Assembly: GCA_010405405.1 (NCBI GenBank)
Contig: MU004233.1
Location: 1,191,122 to 1,255,121 of the forward strand
Source: Microthyrium microscopicum
Lineage: Eukaryota
Reading direction: 5' to 3'
Length of the DNA: 64,000 nt
The translations under genes were made by a program, and so were the position numbers. The notes beneath the pieces are model-generated. The model worked only from the letters and a program-made list of their open reading frames with translations, had not been told where the DNA came from and did not search any database. The stretch's first letter is position 1; each line of letters opens with the position of its first letter. Shown one piece after another: positions 27,401 through 40,351 of this stretch.

Positions 27401-29219
27401 AAAGATTTAAGGTTAAGAGAAAAATTTTAAGGAGTAAGTAAATAAAGTTAAGAAGAATATAGTTATATTAAAATAATAAGACAAGCTAGAGTAATATAAT
27501 AAAGATTAATAAGGTATAGATTATATAGTAACTAATTAAAAGGAGTAAATAACTTAATAGAGTAAGCTATAGAATTATTTATAGCCTATAGTAAATAAGA
27601 ATATTTAGAATATTAGCCTTTAACTTAGTAGAACTTAGTTTAAACTAATAAGAGAATAATACTATAATAAATAAACGTTTTAGAAGGTAGAAGCTATAAT
27701 AGACTTCCTAAATTCTAATTAATATTTTTATAACTCTTTAAAACTTAGCCTTAATAATAGCTTAATACTAGTATAAAGTTTAGTATATCTTAATTATAAG
27801 ATACTAGTCTTAATAAGTTTTATTACTTTTAACTCCTTATAATAGATTATTTATATACTATTACTAAATATAGCTATACTCTAAGACTATAATTCTAAAC
27901 TCTTTAAGTCTATATAACCTTTTAACCTTTATAAGTTTATTTAAGTTATAATATTAACTCTACTCTTTACTTTAGATTTTACTTATTATTATTTTTTTAT
28001 CTTCTTTTTTTTACTAAATTTTTAATAGTATTTATATTTATCTTACTACTCTCTTAAGTAGTAAATCTTAAGAATAAATTATAGTAGAAGTTATTTTACT
28101 ATACTAAATAAATTCTTACTACTATAATTATATACTCTTATATAATAAACTTTAAAGAATTTATTATAAATATTTCTAGTTAGTATAAATAGTATAAACT
28201 TAAATTACTATAATAATAATAATGCTACTTATGCCTTCTACTATTAATATCTATACTTATTTACTTTTTAAGACTATAGTTCTAAAATTTTCTATATAAA
28301 AGCGCTATATAATCTATAAGTAGCTAATTATTATTTTTTAGTAAGTGCTTTAGTAGTAATGCTTCTTAAATAGCTACTAATAATAGTTATAATTTTTTCT
28401 AGTAGTATGACCTTTATAACTAAAGATAATTAAGATAAAGAGTACCCTAGTTGCTTATTCCTAGCCTTATAATTATTTTTAGACTAAAATATTCTCTACT
28501 ATTTAATTATTATTTAGATATAAAGATATAAGTAAGTTAATTTAGATAGTATTTTTTATTACTATGATAAAGAAAATATAATAGAAGTTAATTAGTATAT
28601 TATCTTTTTAAATTAAGTATAGAGATTAATAGGCTATTAGAATATTCTTACTTTAAGGTTTAAATATTATATTAAGTAGTATAATAAAGTTAATTATAGA
28701 AATAATTTTTAGATTTAGTATATCTTATATAGCATATTATAACTATCTAGATAGAACTAGTATTACTTTTTAGTAAATATACTAATTAAGAAAGATAAGA
28801 TAGCTAACTACTAGTAATAACTAGACTAAGTATAGATTATATAAAGGAATAACTTTATAAACCTTTAGTTTATAGAATTACTTTTAGAAAAAGGAGACTA
28901 AGCTAAGTAGTTCTAAGGAGAGCTAAAAAATATAATAGATTAAGAAAAAGTTTAATAGCATAGTAATATAAGAGGTTAAAAGGAAAAACGCGTTATGTTA
29001 GTTACCTCCTAAATTACTAGATTAGTTAAATTAGCATAATTAGAAAATAGATAATTAGAATATAGAATATAATTAATTAATATTAAAAGGAAAGAAAAAA
29101 TAAATAGAAGTTTCTATAAATAGTATTATAAGATAATATAAATAGTACTAGATTTCTAATTAATACTTTTTTAACTTACTAATTTTATTCCTTTAAAACC
29201 CTAGGTTTTTTTAATAAAG

Positions 29220-32200
29220 TTAATGCTACCCTAAATTATATCTTCCTTTACTTTTACTTCTAATTCTTTTATATCTAGAGCTAGCTTAATAACTTCCTTC
29301 TTATTATTATAACCTACTATCTAAAATAGAGGCACTACTACTAATAGTATTATCTTAAATTCTTTTATTAGTATACTACCTTCTAGCCTACTAATACTTA
29401 CTCCTCCTATTTCTAGTATAATACTTAGAGTATTAGAGAAATCTAGTAATTAAGGAAAGAAAGCGTATTTATAAAGTAAGGATACTAATAACTATTTTTA
29501 GACTTAGTAGTAAATTATATCCTAATTTACTACTAACTAAGAAAGGCTAATTCCTATACGAATAGATCCTTATTAGTATAGTAAAAAAAAAAGCCCTATT
29601 TAGAATAGTATATAAGTAAGCGCCTTTAAGTCTACTAGCTAGCCTTATTATTACTATATTTATTATTATAAGTTCCTTAAATACTACTACTTTTATAAAG
29701 ATAATACTAGTATTTCTCTTATTAGGTAAGAATTACTTAATAAGTATATTACTTCTTAGGATTATAACGATATTACTATAGCTAAAGGTAATAAAGATTA
29801 AATTATACTTAATTAAATAAGATTAATTATAACTCTAGTATATTTAATTCCTACTACGCTATACTATTACTAATTATAATATTTATAGATATATAACGCA
29901 AAGCTTAAGGCTACCTATAGCTTTAATAGGCATAAAATTACGTTATAAGATTTTCTTACTTTATAGACGCGTTTAATTATAGCTAAGGATCTTCCTCTTA
30001 GTATATTTAAATTATAATTTATATAGTAAGTTATTAACTACTATATACTATTAAGTATTTAACCTTAATTTACTTTATAAAAAACTATTACTTTAAAAGT
30101 TATAAGATAAGTTATAATTAATCTTATAAAGTTAAAAAAGGAGTTTATTTAGCTAAGTAATGACGTATATATTAGTATTTAGCTAGATAAGTAGTCTTTA
30201 AATTTTACTTATAAAAAGTACTTAGCTATTATTAGATAATAAATTACTCTATAGTAGGAATAAAAGAAGAGGCTTCTTAGCTTTCTTTCTACTATTAGAA
30301 AGTCTATAAGTAAGGCTTATACTAAACTTATAAGTAATATATTTAATTAATATAGTATTACTAAGAAGGTTTACTTCGTTATAATTAATAACGCTAATAA
30401 TAATAAGATAATAGTATTTATATTAAATATATATTAATACTTTAAGTATGCTATAAGTATTATTTAAGTTTCTTATATATCCTATATTATTTAACTAGTA
30501 TAAAGCGCTTTACTTTTCTATCTTAGCTATAAGTCTATAAATAAAGAAATTAAATAGGTATTTATTAAAGAAGATATTTTAAAGGAGAGAAAACTTACTA
30601 TAAAATATAGCTTAGTTACTCTTACTTTATATAAGGTAAGTTAGTTTTTATTTTTAGTAAGTTAAAAAAGTATTAATTAGAATAGCTAATATAGTTTAGG
30701 CTTATAATATTGCTAAATATATTAGCTCTTCTAAACTATATCTCCTTAAGTTCCTTACTTACTTAGCTAGTTTTTATTTTAATAAATCCTAAATATCTAA
30801 TCTATATTCTATTAATAAATACTAGAATAACCTTAATCTTTATAGTAACCTTTAGCTAATCTAAGATATTAAAATACGTTAGGACTTAATAATAATAATA
30901 AGACTTTACTTTTAAATTATTAAGATATTTCTTATATACTTTCTTATTACTAAAGCTTATAAAGCTAGAAAAAAGAAGGATTAGTAATAGGTAAAGATTC
31001 TTATACTATCTAATATAGAATAGGCTAATATTAAGTATCTAGTTTAGCTTACTACTCTATTTAATACTATAACCTAGATTCTTAATAGATCTAAGGCTCT
31101 ATTTATCTATAAAGTCCTTTTATACTTCTAAAAGCTTTTCTAATATATTAATAATAAAGAGGCTATTCTAAGTAAATATATACTAGTAAGTACTTAACTA
31201 TATTAGTAGAGTAAACTTTAGTCTAGTCTAAAAAAGGCTTAAAGAAAACTATAAGTATACTTTAACCTAATATAAACTAATATCTAACTATAGCGTATTT
31301 ATGCTTTTAGTTAGTTATTATCTCTTTATATAGCTAAGTCTACCTTTACTAACCCTTAGTAGAAAGATTACCCTAGTTTAAATAGTTTATCTTAGCGTAA
31401 CGTAATAATTAAAGACCTTTACAAAGTTTAGCTTAAGAAGTATAGTAATTTAAATACTTAATCTAATAATATAGAACTAATTATAGATAATAATAACGTT
31501 ATAATAGATAATAGTCTAACTAGCTTATCTTTATTTAATAAGTTTATATAATACTTTAAAAGTAGTATATTTTTATTATTATATTATTTATAATTTACTA
31601 ATATAATAATAATATCTATAAAGAATAATAATCTCTTCCTTGCGTAGAAAGAAAATAATAATCTAGACTTCTACTTAATAATAACTTATATAGTACGTAA
31701 TTATCTTTATATACTAGCTACTAAAGTTAAAGTAAAACGTATCTTCTTTATTACTTATAACTAATCTAAATATAATTGTTCTTACTCTCCTTAGATATTT
31801 TGTAACCTTATACTATTATAAGATATACTCTATTAATATAATAATAACGAGTTTACTAAATTAATAGCTAATATTTTAGACTATTAAGGTAGTTCTAATA
31901 AGATTAAAGTAGAGGTTAGTATGCATAAAAAATATATTAATATAATTATAAAATGACCTATAAATACTCTACTTAATTATATTTATTTTAATAATCCTAA
32001 TACTATATATTATTAGATATTTAATTATATAACTTATTATAAAGATTTAGATAGATTGCTTATTATTTCTAATAGGAAAGATAATTTAGATAATTTAGGT
32101 AAGGATAATAATATTTTAGATAAAGACGTAGATAAAGCTAGTAAAGATAGTTTTAATAATAAAAATAATACTAGTTTTAAGTTTACTAAAGGGGAAGAAA

Positions 32201-32496
32201 ACCTTAAGGGTACTAGTGCTAGTAGATCTATAGGCTTAGAGACCTCTTTTAAATTCTATAGTATAGATTTAGATAGTAGTAAGAATAGTAATAAGGTAAA
32301 GGATAATAATACTTAAGACTCTTTTTATAGATAATTACTAAAAGATATTAGTAGGCTTCTATCTATAGTAGCTACTAGTAGAAGAGTTTATAAACTAATA
32401 TTTAAGTCTACCTTCTAATAAAAATTAGAGAATAAGCAAAAGTAACTACTAATAGGTATAGTCTCTAGTAAGGCTAATAAGAAAAAGAAGGTTTAA
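29220..32496 (+). pseudogene. RIP-mutated hAT transposase (5' end approximate)
   Basis: Degenerate hAT motifs occur in the expected order: LIIAKDLPLSIF (~29973); ISI*LDK*S...YLAIIR**IT...LLSF (~30171-30285; cf. D.W(S/T)...YLAI..HWI...LLGF); VIINNANNN (~30378; cf. TTDNASN); VSYISYII*LV (~30468; cf. C.AHIIQL); DIKIR*DL (~30865; cf. DV.TRW.S); VRNYLYILATKVKVKRIF (~31693; dimerization domain). These are followed by an acidic tail and KANKKKKV* ending at 32496. Confidence 0.88.
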
Positions 32497-35400
32497 ACTA
32501 GTTATTAGGGTTTTAGTAGTAGTAGCTAGTTAATACGTAGTTTAATCTATATACTATACTAAATATTCTAATTAATACTTTTCTAACTTCTTAATTTATA
32601 TACTAGATTATTTCTATCTACTTAGCTTTTACTAACTATATTAGGTATAGTAACTCTTTCTTTATAACCTAAATAGGTTACGTACTAAATAAACCTTACC
32701 TAATAGGTCCCTAATTTAGGTCTTTTAGGTTCCTTAGGTCTAATCTATAATAATTTTATCTTACTTAGGTTAAGTATAAGTTTTATAAAATATTTTTAAA
32801 ACCTAACCTAACGCTAAGAACCTATATATATTAGGTTAACCCTAATGGGTTACTTAACCTATGCCCTAGTATAGCCTTAACCATTACCATTATATTATTC
32901 GCTTGAATTAATTGTTTTGGTTTCCAGATGGCCAGCAAGTGAAATTAGACCTTTAGAAACAACTGCTCAGCTTAATTTAGCCCTTCAATTAGAACTGGAT
33001 GGCACGGTGGATCATCGTTAAGTAAAGCAGTGGGTAAAGCAAAGCAGAAAAGCCATGATTCGCGTGATGACATGATCTATGTCTTGCATGAAGTTAGATG
33101 GTTCGCCACGCTTCTCATTCCAAGGGTTTAACTAATATTAAAATAATGAACACCAGATGCCGTGGATATTAGCGTGAGGCTAGATATTTAATCTTCCAAG
33201 TCTGGCGTCGTGCTTTCGCGTAGTATTCTCATGAATCAATGACGCTCAATCAGCCATGTTATGCGCTTAAATCATAATGGTTGGTATTAAAATATCAGAA
33301 TATCAGGAATGATAGAAGATTACCTACCTAGGTACTCTTACTGGTGGGTGGCCTTCAAACAGTTCGTCGATGATCAGATAATATGCAACCGCACGGCGCT
33401 TGTACCCACTAACGGTTAAGTACAAGGGGTCAGAGACAGAAATGAGTGAAGGACATGCATCATCAGCATCTCATCGCTGTGGAGGCTGGCTTGGAGGACC
33501 AGTTTTCGGTTCATATTTCTTTTTCGATCTGCATGTCATTTGAAATGTCTGGAGAATCATCACCCCGCCAAATAATACGGGATTGAGATCTGACCTGAGC
33601 CCTCCGACTTCCTTGGCCAGGCTAGGGGGCCTGGCTCATACTGACTGTGGGCTGGCAAGCTGGTCAGTTGTTCGGATGTAACTGACCGCTTAAAACAAGG
33701 CAGGTTCGAACTGTGTCCGCAATTCGCACCACTATAATTCTGCATAACCTTGCCATACTCGGCAATATCGGGTGGATTCTGTGATAACATTGGCCAAAGC
33801 CAAATTGGGAGGAGTGAGTAATTGCAATGAGAACGGGAACAAGGGTTATTCCCAGGCAATTAAATCCTTCTGCCTATCACAGGTGGATTGATACGAAATC
33901 CTTTGATCAGTAGCGTGACCATTACTGTAGGATGCAAGTTGTGTAACACTATTTATTAGGACTTATGCCATGGCATGATTTTTAATCGAAATCTGCTCGC
34001 CCAACTTCCCTATCACTTTGCGAGAGAAGCGATGGTATTGATTCTTGAACGGATTGGCGCCTACTTCTGGATGACCATACTCGGTAGAACAATGCATTGC
34101 AGTGTTGAATCATCATTCTGCAGGTAGGAGCCTTGGAAAAGGGCCGAATTGCTTTTGGTAAGCAGTCAGCTTAGCCAGGTACAGCCCCAGGGAGTAAAGA
34201 CTCAAGAGGAAGAGGAAGATCTACTCTATCCAGACGTTGAGGCGCGCTTCAAAGTCACATACTTACATAAAAGCATTCAAGATTTCTTTGTGTCTTTGAT
34301 TTCAACCAGATACATTTCTTTGTGCACTGAACATTTCAAAGCCTTGGAGAAATCCAGTAGTCGAGATGCGGTTAAGCAAAGGACAAGCATAAATACGAAC
34401 AGGACGTTCACCATGTCTTAAATTTGACCAATGCATAGCCTGGTTCCTCGCTGCATAACATTCAACCCAAGTTAGCTTTTAGCGAATTGGAATTGTAAGC
34501 GAAGTCCCGCTTACAGGCCAAGAAAGGCGACAGCGTGCAGTCCGCATTCTCCTCTGATGAATGAGGCTTGAATACTTTACTTCTGTCCAGTCAGGTTAAG
34601 CAGGTAGAGTTATCCTAGTATAACCTAGCCAAAGTCGGCGATTCATAGTTTACAGGCTCCAGAGAAGCGCCCGTAAGTACAAGACAAACCGACCTATTTC
34701 GTTTCCCTGAACAATATTATCTCACGCGACAAGCCTACCGGTTTAGATTAATGTGCTGCTCGTAGACTGCGCATGCAAGGTTTAGTCCGCCCAAATAAGC
34801 GGCGAACGCCAGCTTAACGACTCGATGATTTAATCGCGTGATCTAGTTCCCTTCATGTATTATAGGCTAGACGATCGAATATTGGTCTTGGGCGATAGGA
34901 TGCCGTAAAGTCAAATTGCTTCCGCAAGATCGCTCGACCGTGTTTGGAAGCCGCACTTCCTTAACAGCTCGCTTGCCATTCCATTTCCTACACACACGCA
35001 CAACAGGTTATTAAAGATTTAGAGCAAAGATTTTGTTAGGCTCTCACTTACATTTAGCAAGTTACTCTACATAAGGCGTCCCCGCAGGTGAAAAGTATCA
35101 TAACCTCTATTGAACGGGATTGATCGGTAACATGATGTGCCATGTAACCTCGTTTCATAAATTCAATAGCATTGACAGAACTTGCAGAAAAGCACAGTAT
35201 TCAACTTACAGCTTATAGAGTTTCTTGCTCTCGTTCAAGGTTGTAAGTTCTCGCTGCAGTCTGCTAAAAGCTTAACCATTGAAAGTGAATTTGACTCTCA
35301 CTGGTGAACCAGCAATAGTCCATTTATATTGATTTGATTCAAGGAGAAGCATAAAAGATGCTGTGTAATACATTACATTTTAACCAAAGATAGGTTTCGG

Positions 35401-37221
35401 AAGCTGGTGGACTGCGAAACTTGCAAGAAACTCCTCTAGCAAGCTACCAATAGGTGAAGTATCTACTTAGTTGACCGATAACAGACTATTGCAACGATAT
35501 TGATTGTGCTTATTACCTGGTAGAAGATGGGTATGTACCTGCTTAGAAATTTATACATGAAGCAGTTGCTGGAAGAACAGCTTAGTTTTACCCGAGAAAT
35601 AAGGATATTGATAGCGGGCGGAAAAGTTAGACTATTTTCCATCAATATCCAGAATCATACTGTCCTTTCTTTACAAAGTGGTCGTAAACGGGGTTCAAAT
35701 CAGCTCAGATTTACTGCTACGATATAAAGCGCTTGAAGAGATATTCAGGGCCCTTTGTTAAGAATTTCTACTTCAACCTTGTGGGCGAAAGGCATCGGCA
35801 TATTCCTTCTGTGTGTTATCTCTCGCTAATGTAGAAAATAAACTTGGGCAGAACGAGAAAAATCCGTTGGACAACTCGCAACGACGTCGCATTGAGGCCA
35901 CCCTTGTAATGCATATTTCAAGCACTTTGAAGAGATCGTAGCGAGCTCCTATTCTTTCTTTCCACAAGGATATGTCTCCTAAGTAGAGTTCAGCTGAAAA
36001 GTTTTGAGATACACGGAATTGCCAAAGTCAAAGAGCACATTCCACTATATAAAAGACTCCTAGCATCTATAATCGAGCGCTTCACAGCCGTTATCACCCA
36101 GTTTCAAAGCGATCGATTTGAAATAATCTGCCATGCTGAATGACAAAATACTATCCACATTGTGTTCCTAACCTCATGAAGCTTGCACACCTTGCAGACT
36201 TCCAGCTTCTCCCCTATACTGGTGGTTGCAGCGGTACCTGAACACGGCACGTAGTATCGGAATATATTGCCTGAAAAACATCCCTGACGGGATATATCAA
36301 GCGAACTCTACCTCGTTTAAGAAGTGTCAACCGCGCATCGGGACTTTGGCATAGCTCGAGTCTCGTGTTGAAGAGAAAAGAGAGAATTTGGAGAAAACAA
36401 GGATCGACAACCGAAATTAAGGGCACCAACCGAACTGTTCTTTGCGAACCCAGACACGACTGGGAAGCTACAGAGGCGAAGACAGGCGAAGTGAAACTTG
36501 GGAGATTGTTTTCTCGTGCTCTGGTAGCAAAATAAAGTTGTCTAAAATGTTCTAGCGTTCGGGACGGGCGGCTCGGAGACTAGCCTTTGCGGGCCGTCAC
36601 CGTTGACCTTTCCTCTTTTGGTCATGGCGATTTTGGAGAAACTATTCGACAGGTCGTTTAGTTTTTGTCCTTCACACCACCACAATCAATCTAGCTTCTT
36701 CACTGGTAGTATTGAATCCCGGGAGTTTGGTTTTACGGCCCAGCCTCGAGAGAGAGGTGACGAACTTACGACCTGCATGAGAGACTTTGCGCTTAAGAAC
36801 GCGCCCCACAATACTCTAAATGAAAGTATGGAAGGTAACTTTTCTACGGATCAGGAAGGTCGCGAATTAAACATTTCACTAGTATGGCTGGATGTATCTC
36901 TTACGCATAAGAGAATAGATTCGACACTCCATGAAGATACGCACGACAAGTTAGATATGATTATGACCATGACGATCAGGTCAGTGACTTAATGCAGAAG
37001 GTGTGAAGATATCACGCATCATACATGTTGATACAGCTACAATGACAAGACAGTGGGACAGATTCCAGCGAGCCGGTACCGACAGCAAAGTTGTAACTGT
37101 ACCTGGTGCCTGAATTCTATTGATCCCGCATCCCTTCATGGCGCAGATATTCGGACCGATTCTATCGCCTCAAATTGTACACCACTTCATTGCCGAGATT
37201 CCGTAATGGCAGTGGAATGGT

Positions 37222-37965
37222 GAGGACAAGTTTCCACACACCCTACGTCGCGACACCCCAAGTTTCCACACACCCCCCAAGGGTGTCTCGGACCTGTCGC
37301 TAAGGCCGCCCCATCCGTCGCCAAAGTCAAGATTCTTGGTGGTGGCTGCACCAAACCAATGACTTGAAATCCGACGATTCTGGGAGTTGTTACCTTGTTG
37401 AAGCGCGTTCTAAACGCGTCGAACCTGTGTTGAAAATCAATCAAGAAATCTCAAAAAGGGCCAAAATGGTGGTTGGAAGACGTGCCTTGAAGCGATAAAG
37501 TAAGACAAAGATAAAGCTAAAGGGGAGGATGCCTTCTTGACGATATTGAGGAAGACGCGCGCCTATTCTAGAAGCAGAATTCGAGAAGGAATTAATAAGG
37601 TAAAGGGATGAAGAGAGGAAGAGGAACGGATTGAAGCATCGCGAGTTGAGAATAACACGCCAAGCCTTGATGATTTTGTAGCTTCTTATTGGCTGGCCGT
37701 TATCGATAAGATTTGATAAGATAAGATTGAGCTTCGTTTGAGTCAAATATCTAAAGACCAAAGCCAAATCGAAAACACATTTCAGAAGGAATTCAGAGAG
37801 AACTGGCCGTCAGCCAACGGTAGCTATTCCTAAAAAGGGTTGATTTCTTTGCGCTAAGGAGACGCCATACAAAGGTGAAAAGACCATTTTTGGGGCCGAG
37901 CCACCCTTGGGGGGTGCGCGGAAGCAAAGGGTGCCACTGGGTAGGGTGTGTGAAAACTTCTCCTC
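37222..37965. mobile_element. Non-autonomous Mutator-like element (MULE/MITE), 744 bp
   Basis: 70-bp ungapped imperfect TIRs at 37222-37291 (GAGGACAAGTTTCCACACACCCTAC...CCCCCCAAGGGTGTCTCGG) and 37896-37965. Perfect 10-bp TSD GTGGAATGGT at 37212-37221 and 37966-37975. No transposase inside. Confidence 0.88.
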
Positions 37966-40351
37966 GTGGAATGGTTTGCAGCCTGATGACTTGGCATCTT
38001 CTCGATGCCCTGCATCGAGATGTCGAGAAGTGCTTTCACAACTCTAAAGCGGTGTCCTCTTTGCATGCTGCGGATTGTACCCGTCAGTTTGATCACATTT
38101 CTTGGGGAATTCAAGGTGGACCATTACTCATCTACGCAGACAGCCCCTGATTTAGCACCAACGAATGCGTTGTGGATGTTGACAATTGTCAGCATATCAA
38201 AAACACAAACCTAGTATCGTTCTTTGTGAGGGGCTTCGGTCATAACGCCGGCTACGTAAAGAACTAGACTTTTAGTTCATTTGCGGTATCTGGTAGTCCC
38301 TGACCGATCTGTTTATTCTAGATCAAACATCCATTTCGACTATAAGCACTAACACGTTTCAAAACCTAAATGGCTCACAGTAATGTGATACCCGCTATGA
38401 AGCCAAAAATACTTTGCAAAGTTGTCTTAGCGGTAAAGAACATAAGTAATCCTCTAGTTGGATTACGCGGCCATGACCTGATATCAAAAAAGCGTAAGCT
38501 AGGATTCAGAAAAAGCCGGATCACTATTCAATGGGGAGCGTCAGCAGGTTCGCTTCCGTAACAATTTCAGGATTTCCTTACGGTATCCGATGCCAAAGGC
38601 CAAACTACAATAGGCCTTAATATAGACTTTAAATGCTTAGTGTAAGCCTCACTCCATTTCAGAACGAAGCTGAGGTAAACAAGCAGAAAGATATTGGCCA
38701 ATTATGTCTCAGTGCTAAGGAGGATTTGCAAAGCTAGTCCATATAAGGTTAAAAAACGCCACAAAAGTGTGCTCCAATTCTGTACCAGTCGCTAGCGCTG
38801 AGCTCTAGCGCCTAGCGCAGAATTTTGAGGCTTTAGAGCACATTAACCTCTTTAGGAAGTGATCAAATACCACGGAGGTTTCCGAAGCATCAGAATTGGC
38901 GCTGCTAACGGTCCCCATTGGGTGACACATTAGACTCGGAGCGGGCGACTTTACACACCCGAAAACAATAATTAATTTGAAGGGTGAAACTTGGGCGGCG
39001 CTAGAGTAATATCAGAATAAGCTCACATCGATCGATTGTGAAACTGATTTTGAATCATAGATTAGTACACATAGTCTCAATTTTTGAGGTCTTATAACAT
39101 CGCGTGGATGATGTTGAATTAAAGTTTTTACTGACGGAAGTCACGATCCTCCAACGCTACAATAGGCAGTTACGCCACTCTTCCAACATGCAGGTACCTG
39201 TTATTATTATCAATCAAAATCTTTGTTCATGGCCTGACTCAAAATACTCGAGTTAAAGACCTGTCAGCTTTTTCTTCAATATATGGTTGCAGTCGTATGA
39301 GTCACTGAATTGGAACTCTACTTACTCATACAAATTAGTAGATTGAGGAGTTTGGGCTCATCGACGCAAACAGACGGCTTTGAAGAGTGAGCATCAGAGA
39401 TTGCAGCTGCTAAGCGGCTTATGTATACTCTTTGAAACGTATGTTCATGTACATACAACATCCTTGCTCCGCTTACTATGAAAAGATATATCAGAGTGGA
39501 ATGAGAACCTGGTAGGTCGAAAGATAAGATAGATATCTTATACAAAATCAAAGGAGTCTGATGTGACTTACATGTCGGAGGAGGCTGGATTATCGTTTAC
39601 TCCAGCTCGCTTGATAAGTGAATGTTTCTTCACACTAATGCTTGGTACAGGCGGGAAGAAATGAAGTGACATATATGCATACATTCCGTCCTGCTTCAAG
39701 AGGAACTCAAAATAAACTCACTGCTATATTGCCTTCAACGATGAGAATGCATAGCTTTCCTGGAAAAAAAGCCTTCGAACGACCAGTCGTTGGAATCAGG
39801 CTTATAAATCCGTAGTATGCTCGCAATTCAAGCTCCTCAAATGGCTCAATCGCTTCAGTGTCAGCGATCATCTACCTAGGAATATATGATAGAGAGGTGC
39901 GAAGGAATTGGGACGTACTTCGAGAACATCTGGGAGAGACAGCAACTTGCAAGTCACAAGCTCAAGCTTTCCTGGTCCGGGGTCATTTACTACCAGTTAC
40001 CTGACTCGCTTGACGGCGCAGATAAGCATCAAGCAAAGGCTCGAAGACAAACCTGTTTCCATTAAGTGGTATAAACAGTATTGCAGTGGGCATTCTAAAT
40101 GTAACTTTGTTCATTGGGCTGATTGTTTCTCGGTTGCATTTTCAGTTGTGCTAAAACTCTGCTGAATTCCGATCAGATTGCATATCAGCGTTGCATCAGA
40201 ATTTCAGACCTCATTTGTATGCGGTATCGCCTCTCACATATCGAACGTCCATCTTGAAGATCTATCTGTGCCCAGTTCGGATCACTTATATTGTTATTCG
40301 AATTGCCAACATCCTGGATCACATCCGAGAAGAGTACCTTCATACTACATT

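Larger units (their letters stand above)
23038..32873. mobile_element. RIP-inactivated hAT-superfamily DNA transposon, 9836 bp
   Basis: Abrupt, extremely AT- and TpA-rich block. TIRs TATGCTAGGGCATGGGTTAGGT (23038-23059) and ACTTAACCTATGCCCTAGTATA (32852-32873) match 19/22, with all mismatches G>A. Perfect 8-bp TSD GCCTTAAC at 23030-23037 and 32874-32881. GGTT/AACC subterminal repeats and a hAT transposase relic lie inside. Confidence 0.93.

Noticed and set aside
23038..32873. AT-rich block as a centromere or Starship element
   Set aside because: It is bounded by TIRs and an 8-bp TSD and contains a DDE hAT transposase relic; no tyrosine-recombinase captain is recognisable.
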